NCBI GenBank assembly: GCA_043807135.1
Contig: JAZDGF010000001.1
Span: forward strand, 4,573-68,572
Source of the DNA: Candidatus Levyibacteriota bacterium
GTDB taxonomy: Bacteria > Patescibacteriota > Microgenomatia > Levybacterales > UBA12049
Direction: 5' to 3'
DNA length: 64,000 nucleotides
The notes beneath the pieces were generated by a model. It was not told where the DNA came from. It saw nothing but the letters and a program-made list of their open reading frames with translations, and did no database searches. Below are positions 1 to 9,704 of the stretch, in pieces (position 1 is the first letter of the stretch; each line of letters begins with the position of its first letter). The position numbers and the translations under genes are program-made.

Positions 1-1
1 A

Positions 2-445
2 ACAATAAATGACTTAGGGAAAATAGAAGTCTTTCCAATCCCCTATAATTTTCTAACTTCAATATCTATTGAAAAGGGAGAGGAGAAAGAAAATTCTGGC
101 AATCTTTTTGTTTTTGACATTCAACATCCAAATGAAAGTCTTTATATTATTAACTCTGTTCAGGGAGAAAATGGAACAATTGTTTTATCTCAAGCATATA
201 ATCCCGGCTGGAAGGCCTATTCTGTTAAGGATAATAATTTCCTTACAAAAACTTTTCCTTTTTTCTCTGCTAAAGAAATTAAAGATCATGTTTTAATAAA
301 TAACTGGGAAAACGGCTGGAACTTAAATAATTTTAAAGATAAGGCAATTATAATTGTTTTTCTTCCTCAATACCTTGAATATTTTGGCTTTTTCCTACTC
401 TTACTTACCCCAATATTCATCTATAGATCGAGGCTAAAAAATTGA
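2..445 (+). CDS. Partial CDS (5' end outside window): C-terminal part of a membrane glycosyltransferase/YfhO-like protein
   Basis: Open frame with no stop from position 2 to TGA at 443-445; no Met start inside the window, so it is absent from the ORF track. The C-terminus (...SQAYNPGWKAYSV...INNWENGWNL...) resembles the C-terminal domain of YfhO/ArnT-type membrane proteins. Confidence 0.4.
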   Translation, partial: TINDLGKIEVFPIPYNFLTSISIEKGEEKENSGNLFVFDIQHPNESLYIINSVQGENGTIVLSQAYNPGWKAYSVKDNNFLTKTFPFFSAKEIKDHVLINNWENGWNLNNFKDKAIIIVFLPQYLEYFGFFLLLLTPIFIYRSRLKN

Positions 446-470
446 CATATAAGCTTATTTATGCTAGAAT
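442..470 (+). promoter_or_regulatory. Sigma-70-like promoter (TTGACA-17-TAGAAT) upstream of the GT2 gene
   Basis: TTGACA at 442-447, 17-nt spacer, TAGAAT at 465-470. Confidence 0.4.
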
Positions 471-528
471 TCACGATAATAACTGCCTGAAAAAAACCTG
501 CTTAAAAAATTGAATTCCTCATAAGAAT

Positions 529-1290
529 ATGAATGATTTAAAGAAACCATTAGTATCTATCTTATTACCAGTACATAATGCTGAAAAGTATCTAGCATCT
601 TGTGTAGAAAGTCTTTTTACTCAAAGCTATTCAAATATTGAAATTATCGCTATTGATGACAAATCATGCGATAAGTCTTTAAGAGTCTTAAGGGGTCTAA
701 AGAAAAAAGATAAAAGACTAAGAGTGTATTCAAATGTAAAAAGGTATGGCCTTTCTCTTACCTTAAACAGAGCTATGAAGCGTGCAAAGGGTCAATTTGT
801 TACTATTATGAATACCGAAGACACAAGTATCTCAACCAGGATTAGTAAACAGATAAAATTTTTAACTACCCATAAAGAGGTTGTTGCTGTTGGAACCCAA
901 TGTCAATTTATTAATAATGAAGGTAAAAAGCTTGCAAAAAGCAATTTTCCTGCGCAAAATCATAATATTTACGCTTCTCCTTTGCATGGAATATCAATGC
1001 AGTTTGAAACAGTCTTAATTAATAGAATGCTTCTTCCAAAAGACATTATTAAGTTCAAATCTAATCTTTTTCCTTTTATTTATAGTGATTTGATGATAAA
1101 GATTCTTCCTTATGGAAAATTTGCCAATCTTAATGAATTCTTGCATTACCATAGAAATCATCCAGGGGCATACTTTATTGACCTTAAGCAAAACATCTCA
1201 TCTCTTTTTAAGCTTTGGCTTAAATCGCTTACCTTTTATAACTACACTTTAAACCGTACCTTCTTTTTTCCTCTAATTAAACTAAGATAG
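529..1290 (+). CDS. Glycosyltransferase family 2
   Basis: N-terminal VSILLPVHNAEKYL...IEIIAIDDKSCD is the classic GT2 (DxD-type) signature. Confidence 0.85.
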   Translation: MNDLKKPLVSILLPVHNAEKYLASCVESLFTQSYSNIEIIAIDDKSCDKSLRVLRGLKKKDKRLRVYSNVKRYGLSLTLNRAMKRAKGQFVTIMNTEDTSISTRISKQIKFLTTHKEVVAVGTQCQFINNEGKKLAKSNFPAQNHNIYASPLHGISMQFETVLINRMLLPKDIIKFKSNLFPFIYSDLMIKILPYGKFANLNEFLHYHRNHPGAYFIDLKQNISSLFKLWLKSLTFYNYTLNRTFFFPLIKLR

Positions 1291-1883
1291 GTCAAAAGTT
1301 GACATTTTTCTTTTTTCCATAAGTTATCCACATTATTATCATATATTTTGTTTTGCTTGATTTAACAACCTTTTCTCGCTATATGATACTATGAGTCTGG
1401 CAATTTTACCCCCTGTTTTTGCTATAGGATTGACATATCTTGACAAGTTATGCTAAAATCATGATAAGTATGAAATTAAACATATTTAGAACAAATAAAA
1501 GAGTTGTTAGAAAAACAATTTCAGATTACAAGCAGGAATTGCTTGTAAAACAAGGGAGAGATCAACTTAAAAAACTGGTGGAAAAAGGGTTAAATGTACC
1601 AGTAGCATTTTTATAATTGAGATTAGAATAAAAAAAGAGCATCGCTTTCGTTACACGGATCAATAATTTCAGGTACGATAAGCAATGCTCTTGGAAAAAG
1701 GGCAGATAGTTCCTTAGGCAGGAATAAACTATTTGCCTATTTGAATTAAATATCAGAATTAAAATTAGATGTCAAGGAAAACAGTCGAGGCTAAAATTGG
1801 ACGTTTTCGTTGACACAGTTTGATATTTTAAGAAAAGAAAATTAAAGCTAAATCGGTCAAACTAAGAAATTTTTCGTAGTTTT

Positions 1884-1926
1884 AAAAGAGGTAGGAGTGT
1901 TGGGCAGGCACCCTTACCTCTTTTAA
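1884..1926. terminator. Bidirectional intrinsic terminator hairpin (A-tract/stem/T-tract) downstream of the minus-strand PIN/TRAM gene
   Basis: aaaagaggtagg...ccttacctctttt: a ~9-bp stem flanked by an A-run and a T-run. Confidence 0.45.
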
Positions 1927-1984
1927 GTTGACCTACTAAAAACGCTTAAGAGTTTAATTAGAAATAATGTTTTGAGGAATTAAG

Positions 1985-2755
1985 TTAGAATATTTTTTTT
2001 GCAAAAAGAATTCTTCCTGCAGTAGTCTGAATTACTCGGGAAACCACAATATCTACATTTTTACCGATACTTTCACTGGCATTTTCTACAACGATCATGG
2101 TTCCATCATCAAGATAGCCTACTCCTTGAGTTACATCTTTTCCTTTATGTAAAAGCTTTATGGTAAATGATTCTCCAGGGATTGCAGTTACTTTTAAAAG
2201 ATTTGCCAAAGTATTTACATTAATAGCCGTAATTCCTGAAATATTAGCCTTTTTTCCCAAATTATAGTCACAGGTAATAATTCTTGCTTTACACGTTTTA
2301 CTTGCCTTAATAAGCTTTTCATCAACTTCTTTAATCTTATCTAAATCCAAGCTTTTTTCCTGTGAATCGGAAAAAACAGTTACCTTTATCCCTCTGGTCT
2401 TTTTAAGCTTTTCTAAAAGGCTAAGACCTCTTCTTCCCCGCTCTTTTTTAACCAAGTCTTGGGAATCTGCAATATGCTTCAGCTCTAAAAGTATGCTCTC
2501 TAGAATTACAAAAGTACCGTTAAAAACTTTTAAACTAATCACTTCAAAAATTCTCCCATCAATAATTGCTGATGTATCTAAAAAGATTGGATTATTAATC
2601 TTTTTTGCCTTTGCATTTTTTTTCTTTTTGGAACGAGGAATAGAAGGTAATCTCTTAGCAACCTCATCAGCGATCATGGCAATTACATTAGGGGAAAAAG
2701 CAAAGCCTTTCTCCTCTTTTACCGTTTTTTTGTTTTTAGATGTATTTTTAGCCAT
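1985..2755 (-). CDS. PIN + TRAM domain protein (YacL-like)
   Basis: LDTSAIIDGR PIN motif and C-terminal TRAM-like GESFTIKL...GVGYLDDGTMIVVENA. It sits next to radA, as yacL does in Firmicutes. Confidence 0.7.
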   Translation of the reverse strand: MAKNTSKNKKTVKEEKGFAFSPNVIAMIADEVAKRLPSIPRSKKKKNAKAKKINNPIFLDTSAIIDGRIFEVISLKVFNGTFVILESILLELKHIADSQDLVKKERGRRGLSLLEKLKKTRGIKVTVFSDSQEKSLDLDKIKEVDEKLIKASKTCKARIITCDYNLGKKANISGITAINVNTLANLLKVTAIPGESFTIKLLHKGKDVTQGVGYLDDGTMIVVENASESIGKNVDIVVSRVIQTTAGRILFAKKIF

Positions 2756-2781
2756 TTTCTAGATAAAAACAGATTCTAGAC

Positions 2782-4107
2782 CTATTCTAGTGCTTTTAAG
2801 ACACTATTTAAAGTCCTGTTGCTTTCTGCTGTGATTATATTCTTAAAACCAAGCTTATTAGCTTGCTTAATGCGCTTTTCAAGCATGCTTACCCCTCTTA
2901 ACTCTCCTAATAAACCTACTTCTGCAGCTCCAACCGTCTTTTTAAGCGGAACATTCTTAAGACTTGAAAAAACTGCAAGACAAATTGCAAGATCTGCTGC
3001 AGGATCTGAAAGTTTTAGACCACCTGCAACGTTTACAAAAATATCCATCGTGTCAACTGGAAGTCTGCACTGTTTTTGCAAAACTGCAAGAAGCAACTCA
3101 AGCCTTTTATAGTCAAATCCCGAAGCAACCCGTCTTGGCATAGGCAGTTTTGAAAAAACCGCCAAAGCTTGAATCTCAACCAAAAAAGCTCTTGTTCCTT
3201 CAAGAGTAACTGTAAGCACAGACCCTGAAGCATTTGCTTGAGTATCAGTTAAAAAAACTTGTTCTGGATTTTTAACCTCAATCATTCCCTCTTCCTGCAT
3301 CATAAAAATACCAACCTCGTCAACCGGTCCAAATCTGTTTTTAAGACCTCTTAATATCCTAGTGCCAGTATTTTTTTCTCCTTCCAAAAATAAAACTGCG
3401 TCTACCATGTGGGATAAAACCATTGGCCCTGCAACCATACCCTCTTTGGTAACGTGTCCTACAAGAATAATCGGAATATTAAATGCTTTTGCCATTTTTA
3501 TAAACGAAGAGGTTGCATATCTTACCTGGCCAATACTTCCTGATAATCCTCCCAATCCTTCTGACTCCATAGTTTGAATAGAATCAATAATTACCAGGTC
3601 TGGCTTTTCCTCTTCAATTGCTAAAACTACAGCATCAGTATCAGTTATTGCTAAAACCGAAAGATTATTAGCTTTGCCTTTTTTGGAAATTCTATCTGCT
3701 CTTAACTTTAGCTGCTGTTCTGATTCTTCTCCTGAGATATATAGAATTGATTTTTTTGCTTCTCCTCCTGAAAGACTTAAGGCAATTTGTAAAAGAAGTG
3801 TTGATTTACCAATTCCCGGATCTCCTGCCAAGAGAATTACGCTTCCAGGAACAATACCACCACCCAAGACTCCATCTGCTTCTATAAAATCTGTTTTAAG
3901 TCTGTCTTTTTCTTGATATTTTACATCTCCTAATTTTTTTGGAGTAATTGAACGAAGTGAAGTATTTGTTTGCTTACGTACAGATCCTACTTTAGGAGTT
4001 TTAAATTCTTTTAAGGAATTCCATTCTCCGCACTCAGGACATTTTCCAAGCCACTCTGGAGCTTCATATCCACACTCTTGGCAGACAAAAGAAATTAAAG
4101 ATCTCAT
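2782..4107 (-). CDS. radA: DNA repair protein RadA/Sms
   Basis: N-terminal zinc finger CQECGYEAPEWLGKCPECGEWNS, Walker A GDPGIGKSTLLLQ, and a Lon-like C-terminus. Confidence 0.9.
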   Translation of the reverse strand: MRSLISFVCQECGYEAPEWLGKCPECGEWNSLKEFKTPKVGSVRKQTNTSLRSITPKKLGDVKYQEKDRLKTDFIEADGVLGGGIVPGSVILLAGDPGIGKSTLLLQIALSLSGGEAKKSILYISGEESEQQLKLRADRISKKGKANNLSVLAITDTDAVVLAIEEEKPDLVIIDSIQTMESEGLGGLSGSIGQVRYATSSFIKMAKAFNIPIILVGHVTKEGMVAGPMVLSHMVDAVLFLEGEKNTGTRILRGLKNRFGPVDEVGIFMMQEEGMIEVKNPEQVFLTDTQANASGSVLTVTLEGTRAFLVEIQALAVFSKLPMPRRVASGFDYKRLELLLAVLQKQCRLPVDTMDIFVNVAGGLKLSDPAADLAICLAVFSSLKNVPLKKTVGAAEVGLLGELRGVSMLEKRIKQANKLGFKNIITAESNRTLNSVLKALE

Positions 4108-4137
4108 AATTGAAATTGTTAAGATTTGAAAATTTAA

Positions 4138-5229
4138 TTATCTGTATCCAATGGGTTTTTCCATTAAAACAGGAACCAAAGTTACTCTATGTTTTCTCTT
4201 ATCAACTTCTAAAACAATAAGTGAAACTGTTTGTCCCTCGTTATAAACTGTTTTTGGCGGAATTTTATCTTTTTTAACAATTCCTTCAATCCCATTTCCA
4301 AGATCAAATAATACCCCTGCCGAAATAACTTTAGAAACAGAAGCTGTGATTTTTTTCTCTTGCTCATATTTTTCAAGCTCCTTCTCAAATGGATCACTTT
4401 TTAATCTTTTTACTGACAGATTAACTCTGGCTGCTTTTTTATCAAAACCAACTACAACAGCCTCAATTTTATCTCCTGCTTTATATTCTTTTGGAATTTC
4501 TGTAAGCTTTTCCCAAGAAATTTCTGAGATATGAATTAATCCCTCAATTGGATTTATCTTACCCTGCAAGCTTACAAACACACCAAATGGAGCAATATTT
4601 GATATTGTTGAGGTTATTTTTTGTTCAGGCTTAATGCCAACAATTTCTTTTTCAAAATTAATAGATTGGTTTGCTTTTTGAGAAAATATTATTTTATGCT
4701 GATCTCTGTTTAATTCTATAACGTTTAATTTTATTTTTTTACCAACTGGACTTTGTCCTGCTTCTAAAAATGATGCTTGAGAGTTAGGCAAAAAACCTGA
4801 AATATTATCTGCTAAAACAATAAAACCGCCCTTGGTTGCTTCTGTAATAATTCCTTCTATAATTTTTTTTTGCTGTTGAAGTTCTGCTAATTTTACCCAA
4901 ATCTTATCATTTATAAATCTTCTTAAAGAAACAACTGGGTTGCCAAATTCAGATTCGGGATTAAGAACTGAAACAGTAACTCTGTCCCCTACCTTAAAAC
5001 TATTTAAAATATTTTTCAAAAGCCTTTTGTCTTTTTCTAAAACCAGCGCTTCAGTTTTTGCACCAATGTCAATTAGTATTTCATAGGAAGTTAACTTAGT
5101 AATTGTTCCTTCTAAATTTTCTCCTTTTTTAGGAGATACAAACGCTACTTTAACCGACTTCATTAAATCAGCCATTGAAGTCGCTTTTGAAGTTTTTTTC
5201 TGAAGATTATTTGATTTTTGATCTACCAC
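4138..5229 (-). CDS. S1 RNA-binding domain protein (short ribosomal protein S1-like)
   Basis: Four to five tandem S1-like repeats (GTITKLTSYEILIDIG..., ...GVFVSLQGKINPIEGLIHISEIS...). Confidence 0.65.
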   Translation of the reverse strand: MVDQKSNNLQKKTSKATSMADLMKSVKVAFVSPKKGENLEGTITKLTSYEILIDIGAKTEALVLEKDKRLLKNILNSFKVGDRVTVSVLNPESEFGNPVVSLRRFINDKIWVKLAELQQQKKIIEGIITEATKGGFIVLADNISGFLPNSQASFLEAGQSPVGKKIKLNVIELNRDQHKIIFSQKANQSINFEKEIVGIKPEQKITSTISNIAPFGVFVSLQGKINPIEGLIHISEISWEKLTEIPKEYKAGDKIEAVVVGFDKKAARVNLSVKRLKSDPFEKELEKYEQEKKITASVSKVISAGVLFDLGNGIEGIVKKDKIPPKTVYNEGQTVSLIVLEVDKRKHRVTLVPVLMEKPIGYR

Positions 5230-5299
5230 TCATTAAATTACCTTTCTCTAAAAGATTAGCTAAGTATACACTTAAACCCTTTTTATATCAAGGATTTAT

Positions 5300-7093
5300 C
5301 TAAAAAGAAGTAATAAAAGTTTGGCAAAATCTTTTAATGTCTAGTTTTTCAAGGCTAAAATCGCTTATTGATAAATTTGACGGATATCTTTTTAAATAAA
5401 ATTTAGAGCAAATTTGATCATTATATATTCGATATGTTTCTCCTCCATCATCAAGGCGAGGGATAATAATTTTTTTGTAATCCTTTTCTATTGGCGCACA
5501 TCCTTTGTCATAAATTATAACTTCTTCCATTTTTAAAGGGTCAATCGTATTGTCACAAGATAGAAATTTAACATTATTAAAGCGATACTCCTTTTTGTTC
5601 ACATTCTCTCTAACTTTAAAAATAGTGTCTTTTCTAAGACTGTTTGTGTAAAAAATATACTTTTTAAAAATATCAGGCGAGCTTGGTGAGTAAACTAATA
5701 CCTGTTGACCTTTATCCTTACTAAGGCTTGCATACTTAGACAAAACTCTTATTGGAAAATCAAAGTATCCTCTTAGGGGATGTTGGAAAAAATAGATATT
5801 TAAAAAATTAAGTAAAGAAAAAATGTATAAAAGTAAAATTACTGTTAAAACCGCAAAGTAATATTTCCCCTTTTTAAATAAGGCCAGTGTCTTACTTATT
5901 CCGTTGGCAATAAAGATAATCATAAAGGGAAAAATCAAAGCAAGGTGAGGCGTAAAATTACTAGTTGTAACTTTATGTATGATCTGCGGAAAACTTGCAA
6001 AAAGAGTAAGTATGGAAAAAAAGAAAAAAAGCTTTTTGTCTTTTGCAAATATAAAAATACCTCCCAAGATCAAAAACAATGAATCTAAATAGTAAAAAAG
6101 ACCGTGTCTCCAAACAGAAAAGAATTCATCCCCGGTAACAAATAAATAATTAACAGAAAATGAGTTAAATAGTTTTGTTTCCGCAATTCTTAAAAATACT
6201 GTATATTTATTCTCAAAAACCGTTAAAAGTGGGTTTTGAATTGATGATCTTCTGATACTATCTACTTCTTTTGCTATTTGAGGATTGTTAGGAGTTAATA
6301 TTACCCCAAGTCTTGAAGAGGAAGGGTTAACTTTAAGCATTGTTATGAAAAACAATACAAGAGCAAGTGAAAAAATTACGACGGCTAAATACTCTTTTTT
6401 AAACTTTCTTTTGTTTAAAACAAAGTAGCTATAAAACACTACTGCAAAGACAAATGGAAGAAAGAATACTTTTGTGGCAATGTAGGCATAAAAGGAAAGG
6501 AGCAAAAAAGGAATTGCCAAAAGAATGTGTTTTCCTTTTTTTGAGGTAAGGAAATAAAAGCTGAGTAGGTAAAATAAGACTGCAGATGTCATATCGTAAG
6601 ATGTTCTTCCATCGTAAATAAACCAAGGATTAATTGCAGCAATAAATCCTGCGATAATTGCCGTGTTTTTGTTAAAAAACTTCTTTGTTATAAGATAAAC
6701 TACAAAAACAACAAAGACAGATAAAAGAGCATTTGTAAACCTTGCTGCAAATAAAGAGAAGTTAAAAAAACCTACAACAGGTGCAAAAAGAAAGTATGGA
6801 AGCTCTGCCTGGATTTCTCCTGGAGGATAATTAAAAAAGAAAATTGAAAACGCTTTCCAGGTTCCAGAAAGATCTGATCCTGTTAAAAAAAGAGATTTGG
6901 CAGTAATTATGTATACGAGCTCGTCTCCTCCAATTGCCGAAGGAATTTTATCTAGCAAAAAAAAACGTAAAAAAACAGCAAGTAAAACAATTAGAATTAA
7001 TAAGAAATTGTTTTTGATAAATGCAATTGCCACTTTTATTATTCTATCATTTCTAAAAAATTCTATCCCTAAATTTATTTCACTCCTTGACAA
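5300..7093 (-). CDS. Polytopic membrane glycosyltransferase (GT39/ArnT/PMT-like)
   Basis: Many TM segments; the N-terminal [20 protein letters not shown] resembles family-39 glycosyltransferases. Confidence 0.5.
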   Translation of the reverse strand: MSRSEINLGIEFFRNDRIIKVAIAFIKNNFLLILIVLLAVFLRFFLLDKIPSAIGGDELVYIITAKSLFLTGSDLSGTWKAFSIFFFNYPPGEIQAELPYFLFAPVVGFFNFSLFAARFTNALLSVFVVFVVYLITKKFFNKNTAIIAGFIAAINPWFIYDGRTSYDMTSAVLFYLLSFYFLTSKKGKHILLAIPFLLLSFYAYIATKVFFLPFVFAVVFYSYFVLNKRKFKKEYLAVVIFSLALVLFFITMLKVNPSSSRLGVILTPNNPQIAKEVDSIRRSSIQNPLLTVFENKYTVFLRIAETKLFNSFSVNYLFVTGDEFFSVWRHGLFYYLDSLFLILGGIFIFAKDKKLFFFFSILTLFASFPQIIHKVTTSNFTPHLALIFPFMIIFIANGISKTLALFKKGKYYFAVLTVILLLYIFSLLNFLNIYFFQHPLRGYFDFPIRVLSKYASLSKDKGQQVLVYSPSSPDIFKKYIFYTNSLRKDTIFKVRENVNKKEYRFNNVKFLSCDNTIDPLKMEEVIIYDKGCAPIEKDYKKIIIPRLDDGGETYRIYNDQICSKFYLKRYPSNLSISDFSLEKLDIKRFCQTFITSF

Positions 7094-7126
7094 AATGGGT
7101 TTATTTTCGGAAAATCTCTTAACGTA

Positions 7127-8041
7127 ATGAGTTTAAAGGAAGCACCTAGACAACAATATAAACCAAACACTCCAATAGAAATTTTTCAACCTGACGGAGT
7201 TATAGATAATAAGCCAGGCCCTGGAGAGTCAAACGACTCTGTGCAGGAATATTTCAATATAATAAGAAGAATTCCCCTTCTTACCCCTGAGCAAGAAGTT
7301 GATTTGGCAAAAAGAAAAGATAATGGAGATTCTTTTGCAAAAGAAAAACTTACAAACTCAAATCTAAGATTAGTTGTTTCAATTGCCAGAAAATACCACG
7401 ACGATGGCATAGATTTATCAGACTTAATTCAGGAGGGAAATTTTGGACTCATGAAAGCTGTAGAAAAATATGATTGGCGACGTGGTAATAGATTTACTAC
7501 TCATGCAACCTGGTGGATCAGACAATCTATTACAAGAGCAATAGCAGACCAGGGGAGAACAATTAGGATTCCTGTTTATATGATAGAGAACATTAACAGG
7601 TTTTTAAAATCTTCAAGAAAATTAATGCAGGAATTAGGAAGAGAACCGACTCCCGAAGAAATTGCAAAAGATCTTGGAATAAATCCTGAAAAAATACTTG
7701 AAATAGAAAGAATATACCAAAGACCTCTCAGTCTAGACGCTCCTGTTGGAGATGAAAAAGATACTGATACGAAAAATTTTATAGGAGATGGGTCTTTTGG
7801 AAATCCTTTTGATACTGTAGCGCTGACTATTAGAAGCGAAAATATAGCTAAGGCGTTAGGAGGTTTATCCGAAAGAGAAAGAGAGGTAATTGAGTTTAGA
7901 TTTGGCTTAGGCGGCAAACCTCCAAAAACTCTCGAAGAACTTGGAGAAAGATTTGGGGTAACTAGAGAAAGAATGAGGCAAGTAGAGGCAAAAGTCCTTG
8001 ATCGAATAAGCAACTCCCCAATAGCTGAAACTTTAAAATAA
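7127..8041 (+). CDS. RNA polymerase sigma-70 family factor (primary-like, short)
   Basis: Region 2 ([36 protein letters not shown]), region 3, and region 4 ([15 protein letters not shown]...[20 protein letters not shown]). Confidence 0.9.
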   Translation: MSLKEAPRQQYKPNTPIEIFQPDGVIDNKPGPGESNDSVQEYFNIIRRIPLLTPEQEVDLAKRKDNGDSFAKEKLTNSNLRLVVSIARKYHDDGIDLSDLIQEGNFGLMKAVEKYDWRRGNRFTTHATWWIRQSITRAIADQGRTIRIPVYMIENINRFLKSSRKLMQELGREPTPEEIAKDLGINPEKILEIERIYQRPLSLDAPVGDEKDTDTKNFIGDGSFGNPFDTVALTIRSENIAKALGGLSEREREVIEFRFGLGGKPPKTLEELGERFGVTRERMRQVEAKVLDRISNSPIAETLK

Positions 8042-8058
8042 AACTTAAAAAGAGAAAT

Positions 8059-8170
8059 CTCCTGGCGATGACCTATTGTCCCAGATAAAATCCAGTATCG
8101 TCAGCGCTGATACGTTTCACTTCTCTGTTCGGAATGAGAAGAGGTGGTTCCATATCGCTCCAATCACCAG
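8059..8170 (-). rRNA. 5S rRNA
   Basis: The reverse complement contains ...CCACCTCTTCTCATTCCGAACAGAGAAGTGAAACGTATCAGCGCTGACGATACTGG..., matching the conserved 5S core. Confidence 0.75.
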
Positions 8171-8355
8171 AAAATTTCTCTTTTCAAATTGCTTTTTGAC
8201 TCCTTGCAAGCGAAGAGAAGATAATTTAAATCTACAACTTGACCATTAGTACGGGTAGGCTAAACACGTTACCATGCTTACACCGCCCGCCTATCAACCT
8301 GATAGTCTCTCAGGGGTCTTCCTTATAAATAAGATGAGATCTTATCTTGGGAACC

Positions 8356-8386
<31 letters not shown>

Positions 8387-8469
8387 GGTTGGGAATATAG
8401 CTACTCAGCGATGCTCCTTTATCGGAAACAGCTGACACACCAGGGATTCCCTCATCCCAGTCCTCTCGT

Positions 8470-9154
8470 CATTACGTTTTCTCAGATTTCTCTGAGGATC
8501 AGACTATATCTTCACCCAATCTAACTTGGGTGTTGGCGTATAATAAAAGGCTTAGATTTCGGTTTTTAGACCGATATACCTTCTATATGAGTCGTTACGG
8601 GGACTTTCAAAGAGATGTTCTCTGCGATGAATAATAATTATATTCTCGCATTTTCTTAATCCATTCTGAAACATTATATTTATTAATTATTTTCTGTTGC
8701 AATTTTGGAATAAGTTTTATTAATAAACTTGCTTGTTTTTGCTTAAGCCGTAAAAACGGCTTAAGAAGGGTTAAAACTTTTAATGTTTTTGTGAATCCTT
8801 CTATTCGAAGTTCACAAATATTATCATTTCTTGTATAAACATATCCTCCAAGTATTTTTTGCATCCATTCAATATCATTTTTATGACTATTATCTTGGTA
8901 GATGCAAATTACTGTTTTGATACGAATAGTTTTACCTTCTGCATTCTTGCGCAATTGAAGCATAATGCTTCCATCACCATCAAGAAAGCCAGCTATGTAT
9001 GCAAGTTTTTCTCTTTGAGAAAGTCTTCCCACGGTATTATCCTTTGGCACTTTATCTAAGTTTAACATAGGACTAAAATTAAACTCAAACCAAGAGGACT
9101 TCACCGTTATTAGCCAATTTCGATACTGTATTACTACAGTAAAGAGCAATTTCT
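8470..9154 (-). mobile_element. Group I intron with a LAGLIDADG HEG, inserted in the 23S sarcin-ricin loop (between CCUAGU and ACGAGAGGAC; E. coli ~U2656/A2657)
   Basis: The exon junction reconstructs CCCTAGT|ACGAGAGGAC. The intron contains the S-like core GAAGATATAGTCTGA and a single-motif LAGLIDADG ORF. Boundaries were placed by eye (5' exon ends in U, intron ends in G). Confidence 0.6.
8607..9068 (-). CDS. LAGLIDADG homing endonuclease (single-motif, I-CreI-like) encoded in a 23S intron
   Basis: LAYIAGFLDGDGSIMLQLRK motif. The ORF-track start at 9209 lies in rRNA exon sequence, so the start is taken at the internal Met at 9068. Confidence 0.7.
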   Translation of the reverse strand: MLNLDKVPKDNTVGRLSQREKLAYIAGFLDGDGSIMLQLRKNAEGKTIRIKTVICIYQDNSHKNDIEWMQKILGGYVYTRNDNICELRIEGFTKTLKVLTLLKPFLRLKQKQASLLIKLIPKLQQKIINKYNVSEWIKKMREYNYYSSQRTSL

Positions 9155-9215
9155 TACTAGGGACGAATTCCCTCAAATCTCGACGATTATGCAGGATAGA
9201 GACCGACAATTATGT

Positions 9216-9549
9216 TACTCAACAGAATAATTCTGTAGGGCGTATGTATTTCTACTACGCTCTCCGATTCGCATCGGAGTTCGGACTATATCTTCCCTTC
9301 GATAAACTCAGGGTCTAGTGTATAGTCTCTGGGGCTCTAAAAGATATTTTCTCTTAGTTGCCTGCTGATTGTCCGCACTTAAAACATTTTTACTTGTTAT
9401 AGAAATAAAATAACTCTAATGTCAAGTAGCTTAAGATGCTCGGAGTTTCCAGCATATAGCTAGATTTATTCCCGCTTTTATACGGGACCTTCAAATTTTC
9501 TCTTTACAGTTCAAAACGCTTGAAGGAAGACAGCAACGGTCATTTGCTT
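9216..9549 (-). mobile_element. ORF-less group I intron in 23S at the L2593-equivalent site (GACAGU|UCGGUC)
   Basis: Exons reconstruct CGTAAGACAGT|TCGGTCTCTATC. The 334-nt insert contains R-like CAGAGACTATACAC and S-like GAAGATATAGTCCGAAC core elements and no ORF of 60 aa or more. Confidence 0.6.
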
Positions 9550-9557
9550 ACTGTCTT

Positions 9558-9615
<58 letters not shown>

Positions 9616-9629
9616 AACCTTCTCCAGCT

Positions 9630-9665
<36 letters not shown>

Positions 9666-9704
9666 GCATCGTCGCTGTGGACGCTTGGATGCGATCAGCC
9701 TGTT

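Noticed and set aside
69-296. 75-aa ORF at the window start.
   Set aside because: It overlaps, in a different frame, a stop-free reading frame (2-445) with a plausible protein C-terminus. It is low-complexity and hydrophobic and is likely spurious.
2493-4534. Antisense or alternative-frame ORFs (2493-2762, 2819-3112, 3362-3577, 3674-3916, 4346-4534 and similar ones throughout the track).
   Set aside because: Each is fully overlapped by a long ORF with clear family signatures (radA, the S1 protein and so on). They are shadow ORFs typical of AT-rich sequence.
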